From positions 32,001 to 96,000 of the IMG/VR virus record IMGVR_UViG_3300042449_000993: 64,000 bases of DNA, one strand, 5' to 3'. The stretch comes from a virus. Both the position numbers and the translations under genes were made by a program. This document shows, in pieces, positions 1-8,609 of this stretch (position 1 is the first letter of the stretch; each line of letters begins with the position of its first letter). Below the pieces are notes generated by a model. That model had not been told where the DNA came from. It was given only the letters and a program-made list of their open reading frames with translations, and searched no databases.

Positions 1-446
1 ATGCAGTGTTACTTCGCAGTTCCCTTGACCCATTGGTTGCGCAAGGATGCGCACTTGCAGCAGCATTTGCCGCAGGTAATTCTCGATTAGCAACAGCAAT
101 CGACGCAGAGTTCGAGGACCGTAAGGAAGCGGACGCTGCGTTGACTGCTGCTGCAATTATGGCTCAAAATAATGTTTGGTATCCATACGTTGAAATGGCT
201 GATGATCCTGCGCTTAAAGGATTGCCTGCATTACTTCGTATGAATGGAATTATTAATCACGGTGGCACTTCAAAGGTCAATTTTGAAGCATATTCTCTCG
301 CTGCCTCAATCGTAGGCAAATGCCACTTCTGTGTAAAGGCGCACTATGATACTCTCAAGAAAGAGGGTATGACAGTTGAGCAACTCCGCGACGTCGGTCG
401 TATTGCTGCAGTTGTCAATTCAGTCGCAAAAGTTCTTGCTGGCTAA
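1..446 (+). CDS. ahpD: Alkylhydroperoxidase AhpD (CMD family), 5'-truncated by window start
   Basis: MAQNNVWYPY and SIVGKCHFCVKAH (CxxC plus His) motifs typical of AhpD; frame is open back to the window edge (AVLLRSSL). Confidence 0.85.
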   Translation, partial: AVLLRSSLDPLVAQGCALAAAFAAGNSRLATAIDAEFEDRKEADAALTAAAIMAQNNVWYPYVEMADDPALKGLPALLRMNGIINHGGTSKVNFEAYSLAASIVGKCHFCVKAHYDTLKKEGMTVEQLRDVGRIAAVVNSVAKVLAG

Positions 447-481
447 ATAATACTACCTTTTTCTATTATTGGGAGTATAAT

Positions 482-640
482 ATGTCTGAAGTGAAACAAT
501 ATCCATGCGCATGCGGACGCAGTCCAACTGGCTATTGCGTTGGCTTGCATGCAATGACAACTGAGCAGTACAAGAGATATCTTGAGGAGCAGCAGAAGTC
601 GTTGAATGAGCAAACCAAACCACAGTTTCTAATTGACTAA
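482..640 (+). CDS. Small CDGSH-like iron-sulfur protein (52 aa, not in ORF track)
   Basis: Manual translation MSEVKQYPCACGRSPTGYCVGLHAMTTEQYKRYLEEQQKSLNEQTKPQFLID; 3Cys-1His pattern CxCGRS-x4-CxGxH; GGGAG RBS at 471-475. Confidence 0.65.
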   Translation: MSEVKQYPCACGRSPTGYCVGLHAMTTEQYKRYLEEQQKSLNEQTKPQFLID

Positions 641-651
641 AGAATAATATT

Positions 652-801
652 ATGAAGATTGAAGTGAATGAAAATACCGTTGAAGTGCATGTTGACAAAG
701 AAGTCAGGAAAGAATTGACTGAACTCGGCATCGATGTTGACAAAGAAATTCAACAAGGTATTGAGCGGGGTTTGTCTGGACAAGTAATAGATCAAAAATA
801 A
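652..801 (+). CDS. Hypothetical 49-aa acidic protein (not in ORF track)
   Basis: Manual translation MKIEVNENTVEVHVDKEVRKELTELGIDVDKEIQQGIERGLSGQVIDQK; fills the gap on the coding strand. Confidence 0.5.
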   Translation: MKIEVNENTVEVHVDKEVRKELTELGIDVDKEIQQGIERGLSGQVIDQK

Positions 802-1110
802 TGGTTGTAAACTGACAACTAAAGGTGTTCTGGACTCGGGTTCGACCCCCGACATCTCCACCAAATGCCCATCACCTCTGCAGTAATGTACGTGATGGCT
901 ATCTGACGGGGATGAATTTGGCTTCGACAGGGCAAGTAATAACCTGACAGCAACCAGTGAGGCGACTGACTCAATCAGCGCAAAAAACGTAAATGCAAAC
1001 GATGATTCATTTACACCTATGGCTCTCGCTGCCTAATAAGCACATTGAGTACAAAGAGTTGACCGCTCGGTAACAGAAAGGTCTGGGGTGGTGGTGCGAA
1101 CCACCACCCT
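802..1110 (+). ncRNA. ssrA: Circularly permuted (two-piece) tmRNA; acceptor piece about 802-863, coding piece from 908; tag (A)ANDDSFTPMALAA at 995-1036
   Basis: T-arm TCGGG-TTCGACC-CCCGA and CATCTCC-A-CCA (ends 863) lie upstream of the 5' end GGGGATG (908); 7-bp acceptor stem with G3:U; D-loop-like GGCTTCGAC; resume codon GCA-AAC-GAT, tag ends LAA with tandem TAA; outer ends approximate. Confidence 0.92.
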
Positions 1111-1117
1111 TTTCTTT
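1086..1117 (+). terminator. Intrinsic terminator after tmRNA
   Basis: GGGTGGTGGT-GCGA-ACCACCACCC perfect hairpin followed by a T-rich tract. Confidence 0.8.
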
Positions 1118-1128
1118 CCACTGCAATA

Positions 1129-1782
1129 ATGGAGACTCGAAACATGAATGCAGTAGATATATTACATAATGTTGAAAAATATTTTGATCGCAATCACAAT
1201 TTGTTCTGTATGTGGGGTGGATTATTCTGCCTAATATTTTTCGGAATCTTTATACCATACAGAATGTTAGCAATACAAGAAGCATCCCTGACTGCTCAAC
1301 TGTCAGCATATCAAACTCAGAATACATATCTTGCTACCCAAGTCAATGATATGTCTCGCGAGATGAAATTCTTGCAACTCAGTTATGACGAAAAGCAAAA
1401 AGTCATGCGAGAGGTCGATTGCCTTGCGAAGAACATTTACTTCGAAGCAAAGGGCGAACCACGGGCTGGTAAAATTGCAGTTGCTGAAGTGACGATGAAT
1501 CGCGTCAAGAGCAAGCAATTCCCTCGTTCTGTTTGTGGTGTCGTCTATCAAAAGACTAAAGGTACTTGCCAATTTTCTTGGGTGTGTGAAGGCAAGAAAG
1601 CAATTATCAATCGTGCGGCATGGAAAGAGTCCTTGCAAATTGCAGAGACTATATTGATTTTAGACAGGAAGTATGGTATAATTGGATCTGCAAAGTATTT
1701 TCACGCAGATTATGTTGATCCTTCTTGGGCAGAAAAGAAGAAATTGATTCGCAAGATTGGCAATCATATATTTTATCATTGA
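1129..1782 (+). CDS. Cell wall hydrolase, SleB/Hydrolase_2 family, with N-terminal TM helix and coiled coil
   Basis: CLAKNIYFEAKGE, VAEVTMNRV, VCGVVYQ, CQFSW, YFHADYVDPSW, IGNHIFY motifs. Confidence 0.88.
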   Translation: METRNMNAVDILHNVEKYFDRNHNLFCMWGGLFCLIFFGIFIPYRMLAIQEASLTAQLSAYQTQNTYLATQVNDMSREMKFLQLSYDEKQKVMREVDCLAKNIYFEAKGEPRAGKIAVAEVTMNRVKSKQFPRSVCGVVYQKTKGTCQFSWVCEGKKAIINRAAWKESLQIAETILILDRKYGIIGSAKYFHADYVDPSWAEKKKLIRKIGNHIFYH

Positions 1783-1788
1783 GGTTCT

Positions 1789-2811
1789 ATGAGAATCATT
1801 GAAGACGTTAAGTTGGACTATAAAGATGTCCTCATCACTCCGAAACGATCTAGTCTTTCTTCAAGAAGCGAAGTAAATCTAGAAAGAACATTTACTTTCA
1901 GAAGTGGCAATAGTTGGAAAGGTGTTCCAATTATTGCTGCCAACATGGATGGTGTTGGTACTTTCGAAATGGATTTAGAGTTCGCCAAACATAATTGTTT
2001 GGTTGCTTTGACTAAACATTATGGTGCGCCTGAATTAATTAGTCACTTTACGCGAAGATTAGATAGCACCATTTATTCTCTTGGCACTTCCAGTGAAGAT
2101 TTAAAGAAATTCGATGATGTATACAATACCGTTGGAAATCGATACATGAGAGTTTGTATTGATGTTGCGAATGGTTACACACAAGCCTTTGTAAATTTCG
2201 TTCGCCATTTCCGCGACCGTTATCCTTATGTTGTATTGATGGCAGGTAATGTCGTCACACCAGAAATGACAGAAGAACTAATTCTCGCAGGTGTTGACAT
2301 CGTGAAGGTTGGTATTGGTCCTGGTTCTGTTTGCACTACACGCAAAAAGACAGGCGTCGGCTACCCGCAGTTGAGTGCGGTTATCGAGTGTGCTGATGCT
2401 GCTCATGGTCTCAAGGGTCACATCATAGCGGATGGAGGGTGTTCCGTTCCTGGAGACGTAGTGAAAGCATTTGCTGCGGGAGCCGATTTCGTGATGCTTG
2501 GTGGAATGTTGGCAGGTCACAAGGAAGGTGGTGCATCACCACTTGGTGGAAATAAATTCTACGGCATGAGTTCTGATACTGCAATGGATTTACATAATGG
2601 TGGTGTTGCTAATTACAGAGCATCTGAAGGCAAGACCGTAGAGATTCCATATCGTGGCGAGGTGAAACTTACGATGCAAGATATTTTGGGTGGACTTCGT
2701 TCGGCATGTACTTATGTGGGGGCAAGTGAATTGAAAGAACTGAGCAAGCGAACTACTTTTGTTCGTGTGACTCAGCAATTGAACAATTCCTTGAGTGCAT
2801 ATGAGGTCTAA
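1789..2811 (+). CDS. guaC: GMP reductase
   Basis: [43 protein letters not shown] catalytic loop, YRASEGK. Confidence 0.95.
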   Translation: MRIIEDVKLDYKDVLITPKRSSLSSRSEVNLERTFTFRSGNSWKGVPIIAANMDGVGTFEMDLEFAKHNCLVALTKHYGAPELISHFTRRLDSTIYSLGTSSEDLKKFDDVYNTVGNRYMRVCIDVANGYTQAFVNFVRHFRDRYPYVVLMAGNVVTPEMTEELILAGVDIVKVGIGPGSVCTTRKKTGVGYPQLSAVIECADAAHGLKGHIIADGGCSVPGDVVKAFAAGADFVMLGGMLAGHKEGGASPLGGNKFYGMSSDTAMDLHNGGVANYRASEGKTVEIPYRGEVKLTMQDILGGLRSACTYVGASELKELSKRTTFVRVTQQLNNSLSAYEV

Positions 2812-2815
2812 TAGA

Positions 2816-3037
2816 ATGGCAAGCCGCGAAGAAAAGAATAACTTCTCTATGATGATTATGAACTTGGCAATTTCAGAAAAGATTGATCATATGGATGCAA
2901 TCACTTCATATTGTGAAAGAAATAATCTAGAAATTGAAGTTGCTGCTACACTAATTAATGATTCTCTTAAAAGCATCATTCAAGGTGAAGCAATGGAGTT
3001 ACGATTCTTACCGAGATCAAGTAAGTTGCCTTTGTGA
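2816..3037 (+). CDS. 33: Late transcription coactivator gp33
   Basis: MDAITSYCERNNLEIE...SLKSIIQGEAMELRFLP pattern; upstream of gp59/gp32 as in T4. Confidence 0.8.
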   Translation: MASREEKNNFSMMIMNLAISEKIDHMDAITSYCERNNLEIEVAATLINDSLKSIIQGEAMELRFLPRSSKLPL

Positions 3038-3627
3038 GTAATGTGAAGATAGAAAATTTTTTCCCCACATCAGTGTATGTGGCGGAAGATGTAGAACTGG
3101 CAGATATGATGCTGCCACTTGCGAAAAAATATCTCAGCGACGAAAGGTACGCAGCATCTACTATCTTCAAATACAAAAGCACATTCAACTATGACCCAAG
3201 TAAAAGTATTGGGAATTTAGAAGAATTTGGTTTATATAATTCTTTTATATGCGATCATGTTCAAAACTTTAACAGAATTAAGGGTTATGATCTGATGAAT
3301 ATAAAATCAATCACAACCTTTGCGAGCGAAATGGTAAAAGATGACGAGCATCTGCCTCACTTCCACCCAAACTGTTCATACTCAAGTGTATTTTATTTGC
3401 AAACGCCCGAAGGATCTTCACCAATATGCTTTGATGATTCTAGACCACATCATAGATTTATTAACAAACCAATCATAAGACATACCATGCATAATGCAAA
3501 GATATTCTCGATTCCTCCTAAAAAGGGAATGTTATTAATATTCGATGCATGGATTGAGCACTTTGTGCCGAAGAATAATTGCGCAGAAGGTAGAATTACT
3601 CTAGTCTCAAACATTTCAGATATTTAA
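3034..3627 (+). CDS. Putative 2OG-Fe(II) oxygenase (TIGR02466-like)
   Basis: FFPTSVY, HxH (HFHPNCSYSSVFYL), PKKGMLLIFDAWIEHFV, RITLVSN. Confidence 0.8.
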   Translation: MSNVKIENFFPTSVYVAEDVELADMMLPLAKKYLSDERYAASTIFKYKSTFNYDPSKSIGNLEEFGLYNSFICDHVQNFNRIKGYDLMNIKSITTFASEMVKDDEHLPHFHPNCSYSSVFYLQTPEGSSPICFDDSRPHHRFINKPIIRHTMHNAKIFSIPPKKGMLLIFDAWIEHFVPKNNCAEGRITLVSNISDI

Positions 3628-3630
3628 ATC

Positions 3631-4233
3631 ATGAACGGTTACGATTTGTATTGCATCTATCAAGCCATCAAGCTGCACTTCACGTCAGAGAGTTATAACT
3701 TCTTTCAATATGATGGCAAAACTCGAGTATCAGTAGATGCATTTCAAAAACGTCGTGACAAGTTTCTATTCCACCGCCTTGCGCGGAAGTATCGCGACGA
3801 TGAAATGGTTCCATTTCTGGTTGCTAATTTTGTACACAGTGATGATAATTGGACCAAGTCATTGCTTGAAGACCAGGCTGAAGAAACTTATAGGGATTGG
3901 AAACGAACCACCGATTCCATGAGCAAAATCTATATTGAAGATTTACAAAAGATTTGCCCTGATCCGAAAGAGTTTAACAATCTATTTAAAGTTGAAGATG
4001 GACAATTTCCAAAATTGTTAGTGGCATTTCTCCAAAAAGATGTAACGATTGAGACTCTTGTGATTCTGAATAACATCTTCAACTTTATCCAAATTTGGGA
4101 CAAGAAGATTTCAGATGATATCATCTATCCCAAAGTGTCAAGAAAGGTGCGCAAGTATGGTGCCTTCTTGAATGTGAACGTTGATAAGTATAAAACACTA
4201 ACTAAAGATTATTTGGTGAATCATGCGCCTTAA
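3631..4233 (+). CDS. 59: Helicase loader gp59
   Basis: YQAIKLHFTSESYNFFQYDGK, FQKRRDKFLF, IETLVIL; synteny with 33 and 32. Confidence 0.88.
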   Translation: MNGYDLYCIYQAIKLHFTSESYNFFQYDGKTRVSVDAFQKRRDKFLFHRLARKYRDDEMVPFLVANFVHSDDNWTKSLLEDQAEETYRDWKRTTDSMSKIYIEDLQKICPDPKEFNNLFKVEDGQFPKLLVAFLQKDVTIETLVILNNIFNFIQIWDKKISDDIIYPKVSRKVRKYGAFLNVNVDKYKTLTKDYLVNHAP

Positions 4234-4870
4234 GATCTATCAATCTTTCTTCATGGGACAGCAGTTCGCTTCTCTAGATAAAATGTTCATTCCATATAAC
4301 AATATGGCTAATGATAAACCAGAACTTCGAGAATATCCAATCATACTTGATCTTTATTCTAAGAATAGACATTTTGATGGATATTGGGGGATGCTGAGTT
4401 GGAGATTTGCAGAAAAAACAAAAATTTCTGGCAAGCAACTCTATGATTCAATTTTAAATAATCCAGATTATGACGTTTATCATGTTAATCCATTTTTTGA
4501 TGAGGTGACTAAATTTTCTAATCCCTTTACTCAAGGCGACTGTCATCATCCTGGAATGATTGATTTCACAAACCGTCTTTTAAACAAAATGGGATATGAT
4601 ATTGATATAAACAAAGAACATTTTGAAAAAGATAATTTCATATATTGTTCTTACTACATTGGTAACAACAAATTTTGGGATCAATGGATTGTATTCTTAG
4701 AAACAGCAATCACAATAGCAAATAATGATCTTGAGTTAAATGCTTATTTGTATAATACAGGCACTAACTATAGAGAACGAATAACAATAAATTTTCCATT
4801 TGTTATCGAAAGATTGGTAAATTTATTTTTGTTCATATATAAAAGTGAATACAAAATTAAAAGATTGTGA
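4223..4870 (+). CDS. Hypothetical protein, possibly glycosyltransferase-related
   Basis: 215-aa aromatic-rich, AT-rich ORF with KIYQ, GMLSWRF and FVIERL segments; family not confidently recognised. Confidence 0.45.
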   Translation: MRLKIYQSFFMGQQFASLDKMFIPYNNMANDKPELREYPIILDLYSKNRHFDGYWGMLSWRFAEKTKISGKQLYDSILNNPDYDVYHVNPFFDEVTKFSNPFTQGDCHHPGMIDFTNRLLNKMGYDIDINKEHFEKDNFIYCSYYIGNNKFWDQWIVFLETAITIANNDLELNAYLYNTGTNYRERITINFPFVIERLVNLFLFIYKSEYKIKRL

Positions 4871-4871
4871 T

Positions 4872-4900
4872 TTTACTTTTGAGAAAAAATGATATATAAT
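4872..4900 (+). promoter_or_regulatory. Sigma70-type promoter upstream of gp32
   Basis: TTTACT-N17-TATAAT in the intergenic region. Confidence 0.6.
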
Positions 4901-4968
4901 AGTATGGTAATGATGAAAAAGTGGACAAGTCGATATACATTTAATACAACGCTATACGGAGAATACAT

Positions 4969-5868
4969 ATGAGTCTATCAAGTCTAAAGAACAAGAGTTC
5001 ATCTCTTGACAAGTTGAAGAAAGCAGTTGAGCAATCTTCAGCAGGTAATGGTGGTGGCAAGAACGTCGATGAACGTTTCTGGCAACCTGAAGTTGATGCT
5101 GCTGGCAACGGATACGCAGTTGTCCGTTTTCTCGATACGCCAGCCGTCGACGGTGAGGATGGTCTTCCGTGGGTCCAGATCTGGTCACATGGTTTCCAAG
5201 GTCCAGGTGGTTGGTATATTGAGAATTCTCTCACAACTCTTGGCAAGACCGATCCTGTTTCTGAGTACAACACTGTTCTGTGGAACTCAGGTATTGAAGC
5301 AAACAAAGAAATTGCTCGCAAGCAAAAGCGCAAGTTGACGTACATTGCAAACGTTCTTGTGATCTCTGACGCCAAGCGTCCGCAAAATGAAGGCAAGGTT
5401 TTCTTGTTCAAGTTCGGAAAGAAGATTTTCGACAAGATCAAGGAGCAACTCGAGCCACAGTTTGCTGATGAGACTCCAATGAATCCGTTTGACTTCTGGA
5501 AGGGTGCAGACTTCAAGATCAAGATTCGCAACGTTGAAGGCTATCGTAACTATGACAAGTCGGAGTTTGCTGCTCCTGCTGCATTGTACAATGGTGAAGA
5601 TGCGAAGATTGAGCAGGTTTGGAAGTCGGCTCATTCACTCAAGGATTTCTTGAAGCCTGAAAACTTCAAGTCCTATGATGAACTCAAGGCGAAGTTGGAT
5701 AAGGTTCTTGGTGCTGGTGGTGTTGCTGGTGCAACTGCCAAGCGAGTTGATGATGAGGAAGCAGCCGCTCCTGTCATTCGCTCTGCTCCAGCCAAGAAAG
5801 TAACTGCTGAAAATGTCAGCGTCGATGACGACGATATGGCGTTTTTCGAGAAGTTAGCAGCAGAGTAA
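4969..5868 (+). CDS. 32: Single-stranded DNA-binding protein gp32
   Basis: DERFWQP, GNGYAVVRFL, HGFQGPGGWYIENS, FGKKIFDKI, NYDKSEF, acidic C-terminus. Confidence 0.96.
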   Translation: MSLSSLKNKSSSLDKLKKAVEQSSAGNGGGKNVDERFWQPEVDAAGNGYAVVRFLDTPAVDGEDGLPWVQIWSHGFQGPGGWYIENSLTTLGKTDPVSEYNTVLWNSGIEANKEIARKQKRKLTYIANVLVISDAKRPQNEGKVFLFKFGKKIFDKIKEQLEPQFADETPMNPFDFWKGADFKIKIRNVEGYRNYDKSEFAAPAALYNGEDAKIEQVWKSAHSLKDFLKPENFKSYDELKAKLDKVLGAGGVAGATAKRVDDEEAAAPVIRSAPAKKVTAENVSVDDDDMAFFEKLAAE

Positions 5869-5897
5869 TTTCAATTAGAAAACCGTAGATGTTTTCA

Positions 5898-5922
5898 GGG
5901 GGACTTCGGTCCCCCTTTTTTT
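5898..5922 (+). terminator. Intrinsic terminator with C(UUCG)G tetraloop between convergent genes
   Basis: GGGGGAC-TTCG-GTCCCCC followed by T7. Confidence 0.9.
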
Positions 5923-7660
5923 ATCCCATATTCATATTAGCATATGTTGCTGGATGATCGAACTCTTGAGCCAATAAACGATTGAATGTGTTCTCTTGAT
6001 TATGCACTTCAATATTCTTTTTAGTAGAAGGCACAGGAATGACTTGCGTATTGTTGATTTGATTTACTGTCTGAGAAGGAATCTCAACTCTATCAGCCGA
6101 TTGAATTTCAATTCTCTTTTGATTCATGTCAACAATTTGCTGACCTTCTGCTGGCTTTGGTGGAGAAAGATTTAAATCCGTTTTTGAGATTGGTTTCAGT
6201 CCAGCAATCTCTTTTGCTTTATCAAGTTTTATCTTAAGAGAAGGATCATCAACAGCCATTCTCTCTAATTCTTGAAGAGTATATGCACCATACTTTGGAA
6301 CTTGAATTGCTGTTGCGATGTCTTGAACAGACCCCTTTGATATATTCTGAATGGCTTTATTTCCAGATTCTTTTAAACTAAAATCAAGAGAGTCAAATAT
6401 ACCCATAGTTGGAATTGTTGCTAATCCTAATAAACCTGCAGCACCCAATAATCTTCCACGAAGCGGTAAAGGAATTTTTTGAAAAACATCTTTTATCTTT
6501 TCTGGGATTTTCTTTTTTCCACCATCTGGTGTAGGTGGTGTTGGTACTGGAGGAGTTGGAGTTGGGACTCTGTTGTTTCTTCCTGGAAGAAAAGTTGGGA
6601 AATCAAATCCATTATTTGACAATAAATCAGGATTATCTCTAAACACTCTCTTCAAAGCATCATATAAAGTTGCATCAAGTGCTTTTTCCATGGCTCTTTG
6701 GAGAATGGCTTGCTGCTCATCAGCCTCTAAATCGAAGACGCTGTTTGGTTGTTTTTTAATGAGCGATTCTTTTAAATCCTTGACGAGCAATTCCATATCT
6801 TTTTTACGAAACATACTTTCTTCTTCAAGTAAAACTTTAATTTGTTCTACAATTGAATCAACTTCTGGATCTCCTCCAGTGAAGCGAACTGGCTTTAAGT
6901 TAGTCTCGCGAGATAGACGTTTGATTTCTGCGTCTAATTTTCTTTGAATCTTTTTACTTGCAATTTTACCAGCAGTGCCTGTCTTACTTTTCTCATATAA
7001 TTGTCTGCCTGTAGGAGCATCTGGATAATAGAGATATTCCTTCCCTTCTTCATCAGCAACAGACAAAGGCTTCATTTGTTCTGGAATCTTTTCAAGGGAT
7101 CCTCTACCTTTTGCTAGTGCTGTCAATGCATCATTTATTGTTCCGACTAAATTATCAGCAATAGATTTAACACGACGATTTGTTGATGAGACTTCTTGAC
7201 TTACCTTATCAACAGCAACTGATAAACCCATGATTGAGGATTTAATTGGCTCAAGTGCATCATTAAGTTCTTTCTTTAATCTTTGCGGTGAGAGAGTCTT
7301 TTTCTCTTTTTGTTTCTTTACACCAAACTCCTCTTCAAGAGTTTTCTTTGCTTGTTCGATTTCTTCTTTTGTATATCTTGTTTGAAATCTTTCTCTAACA
7401 ATTGCAGTTAGATCTTTATTCCCAAAAACTGCTGCGGCAACAAAACGTAGAGTTTGAGATGTTGCAGTATCTTTTTTACCTGAAGCAATTTCACGGAGTT
7501 TCTTTTCTCTGCGAAATTCTTCTCGAGATCCAGTGTATTCACTAAATGACTTCTGTGCCTCTGGACTGTAGATGTCTGATTCTACAGTCTTGACCTTCTT
7601 TTTAAGTTGATCAACTGTTTCTTTTAGTTCTTCAATTTCTGGATCTGTTTTCTTTGCCAT
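5921..7660 (-). CDS. Hypothetical helical protein, possible baseplate hub / tail length determinator (gp29-like)
   Basis: 579 aa, charged and coiled-coil-like with a Pro-rich linker; follows gp26/gp51; assignment by position only. Confidence 0.4.
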   Translation of the reverse strand: MAKKTDPEIEELKETVDQLKKKVKTVESDIYSPEAQKSFSEYTGSREEFRREKKLREIASGKKDTATSQTLRFVAAAVFGNKDLTAIVRERFQTRYTKEEIEQAKKTLEEEFGVKKQKEKKTLSPQRLKKELNDALEPIKSSIMGLSVAVDKVSQEVSSTNRRVKSIADNLVGTINDALTALAKGRGSLEKIPEQMKPLSVADEEGKEYLYYPDAPTGRQLYEKSKTGTAGKIASKKIQRKLDAEIKRLSRETNLKPVRFTGGDPEVDSIVEQIKVLLEEESMFRKKDMELLVKDLKESLIKKQPNSVFDLEADEQQAILQRAMEKALDATLYDALKRVFRDNPDLLSNNGFDFPTFLPGRNNRVPTPTPPVPTPPTPDGGKKKIPEKIKDVFQKIPLPLRGRLLGAAGLLGLATIPTMGIFDSLDFSLKESGNKAIQNISKGSVQDIATAIQVPKYGAYTLQELERMAVDDPSLKIKLDKAKEIAGLKPISKTDLNLSPPKPAEGQQIVDMNQKRIEIQSADRVEIPSQTVNQINNTQVIPVPSTKKNIEVHNQENTFNRLLAQEFDHPATYANMNMG

Positions 7661-7661
7661 T

Positions 7662-7880
7662 TTATCTCATACGTTTCTTTATTGCTCTATCAGAGGAAGA
7701 TTTTTCTTTTTGCTGTCGTATTCTTTCGTTTTCTTCTTCAACGTGCTTCGCGACTAGAGAAATATAAGTCTTTCTTTCCCATGGCAGCATCGATTCTAAT
7801 TCATGTAAAGAATAATTATGATACTGCATCAACGAGAAGTTGTTGAGGAAGTAACTCCTCAAACTCTCTTCACGAAGCAT
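7662..7880 (-). CDS. 51: Baseplate hub assembly protein (gp51-like)
   Basis: NFSLMQYHNYSLHELESMLPWERKTY motif, directly after gp26. Confidence 0.75.
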   Translation of the reverse strand: MLREESLRSYFLNNFSLMQYHNYSLHELESMLPWERKTYISLVAKHVEEENERIRQQKEKSSSDRAIKKRMR

Positions 7881-8596
7881 TATTCGAAAAAATCTAGAAT
7901 ACCCTCCAGAACAACATCATGTTCTTTCTTACATCTTGGACATTCAACCTTTCCTGTATAACTCAATTTTGGAATGTTATCAAAAAAGTTCTTAATTCTT
8001 CCAAATTGTTCTTGACTCAAACTGTTAATGAAATCGTCAAATTCTTTTTCATCAACATCACTCACAGGATAAGTTTGCTCTTTATCAAAAATAAATTCCG
8101 TGCACTCACGAATGATCTTAATTACCAAATCTAAATCTCTTTCTAACTGAATCTTCTTAGCAGTTTCGAAAGTAGGATATTTCATCTTAATGCCAATATT
8201 GTCAGTCAACTGCACTACTGGATTCACATTTCCCATCTTCGTTGTAACTTGAAGAAGGTCCACCTCCAAATCCATTTCAGCACCACACTTTCTTTCATCA
8301 ACAACGTTTTGACAGACATAGGTGATTTCTACCTTTTCACCCATTGATCTTGCTCGAAGATTTAAAAAAATATTCTCAACTTCGAACATTGGCAATCTAT
8401 CAAGATCAATTTCTTCCACTAAACAATTATTGATGACTTGTTTAATCGTATCAATAATCATCTTATGTTCGTTAGATTCTAATGCCATAATAAGAAGTTT
8501 TTCTTCTTTTACAACAAAAGGTCTGAAGCGTACATCTTTGTTTTCTGATTTAAGGTGCACACTATAAATTGGCAAATCAATTTTTGGTAAAGCCAT
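7880..8596 (-). CDS. 26: Baseplate hub subunit gp26
   Basis: MALPKIDLPIY, RPFVVKEEKLL, LRARSMGE, C-terminal CPRC and LEGILDFF. Confidence 0.85.
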   Translation of the reverse strand: MALPKIDLPIYSVHLKSENKDVRFRPFVVKEEKLLIMALESNEHKMIIDTIKQVINNCLVEEIDLDRLPMFEVENIFLNLRARSMGEKVEITYVCQNVVDERKCGAEMDLEVDLLQVTTKMGNVNPVVQLTDNIGIKMKYPTFETAKKIQLERDLDLVIKIIRECTEFIFDKEQTYPVSDVDEKEFDDFINSLSQEQFGRIKNFFDNIPKLSYTGKVECPRCKKEHDVVLEGILDFFE

Positions 8597-8609
8597 AACT
8601 ATTCCTCAA

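Noticed and set aside
832-863. Apparent tRNA 3' half (T-arm plus CCA)
   Set aside because: No upstream D or anticodon arm; its acceptor-stem partner lies downstream at 908, so it belongs to the permuted tmRNA
637-864. Minus-strand ORF starting MVEMSGVEPES
   Set aside because: Typical antisense shadow of a tRNA/tmRNA 3' end; overlaps better-supported plus-strand features
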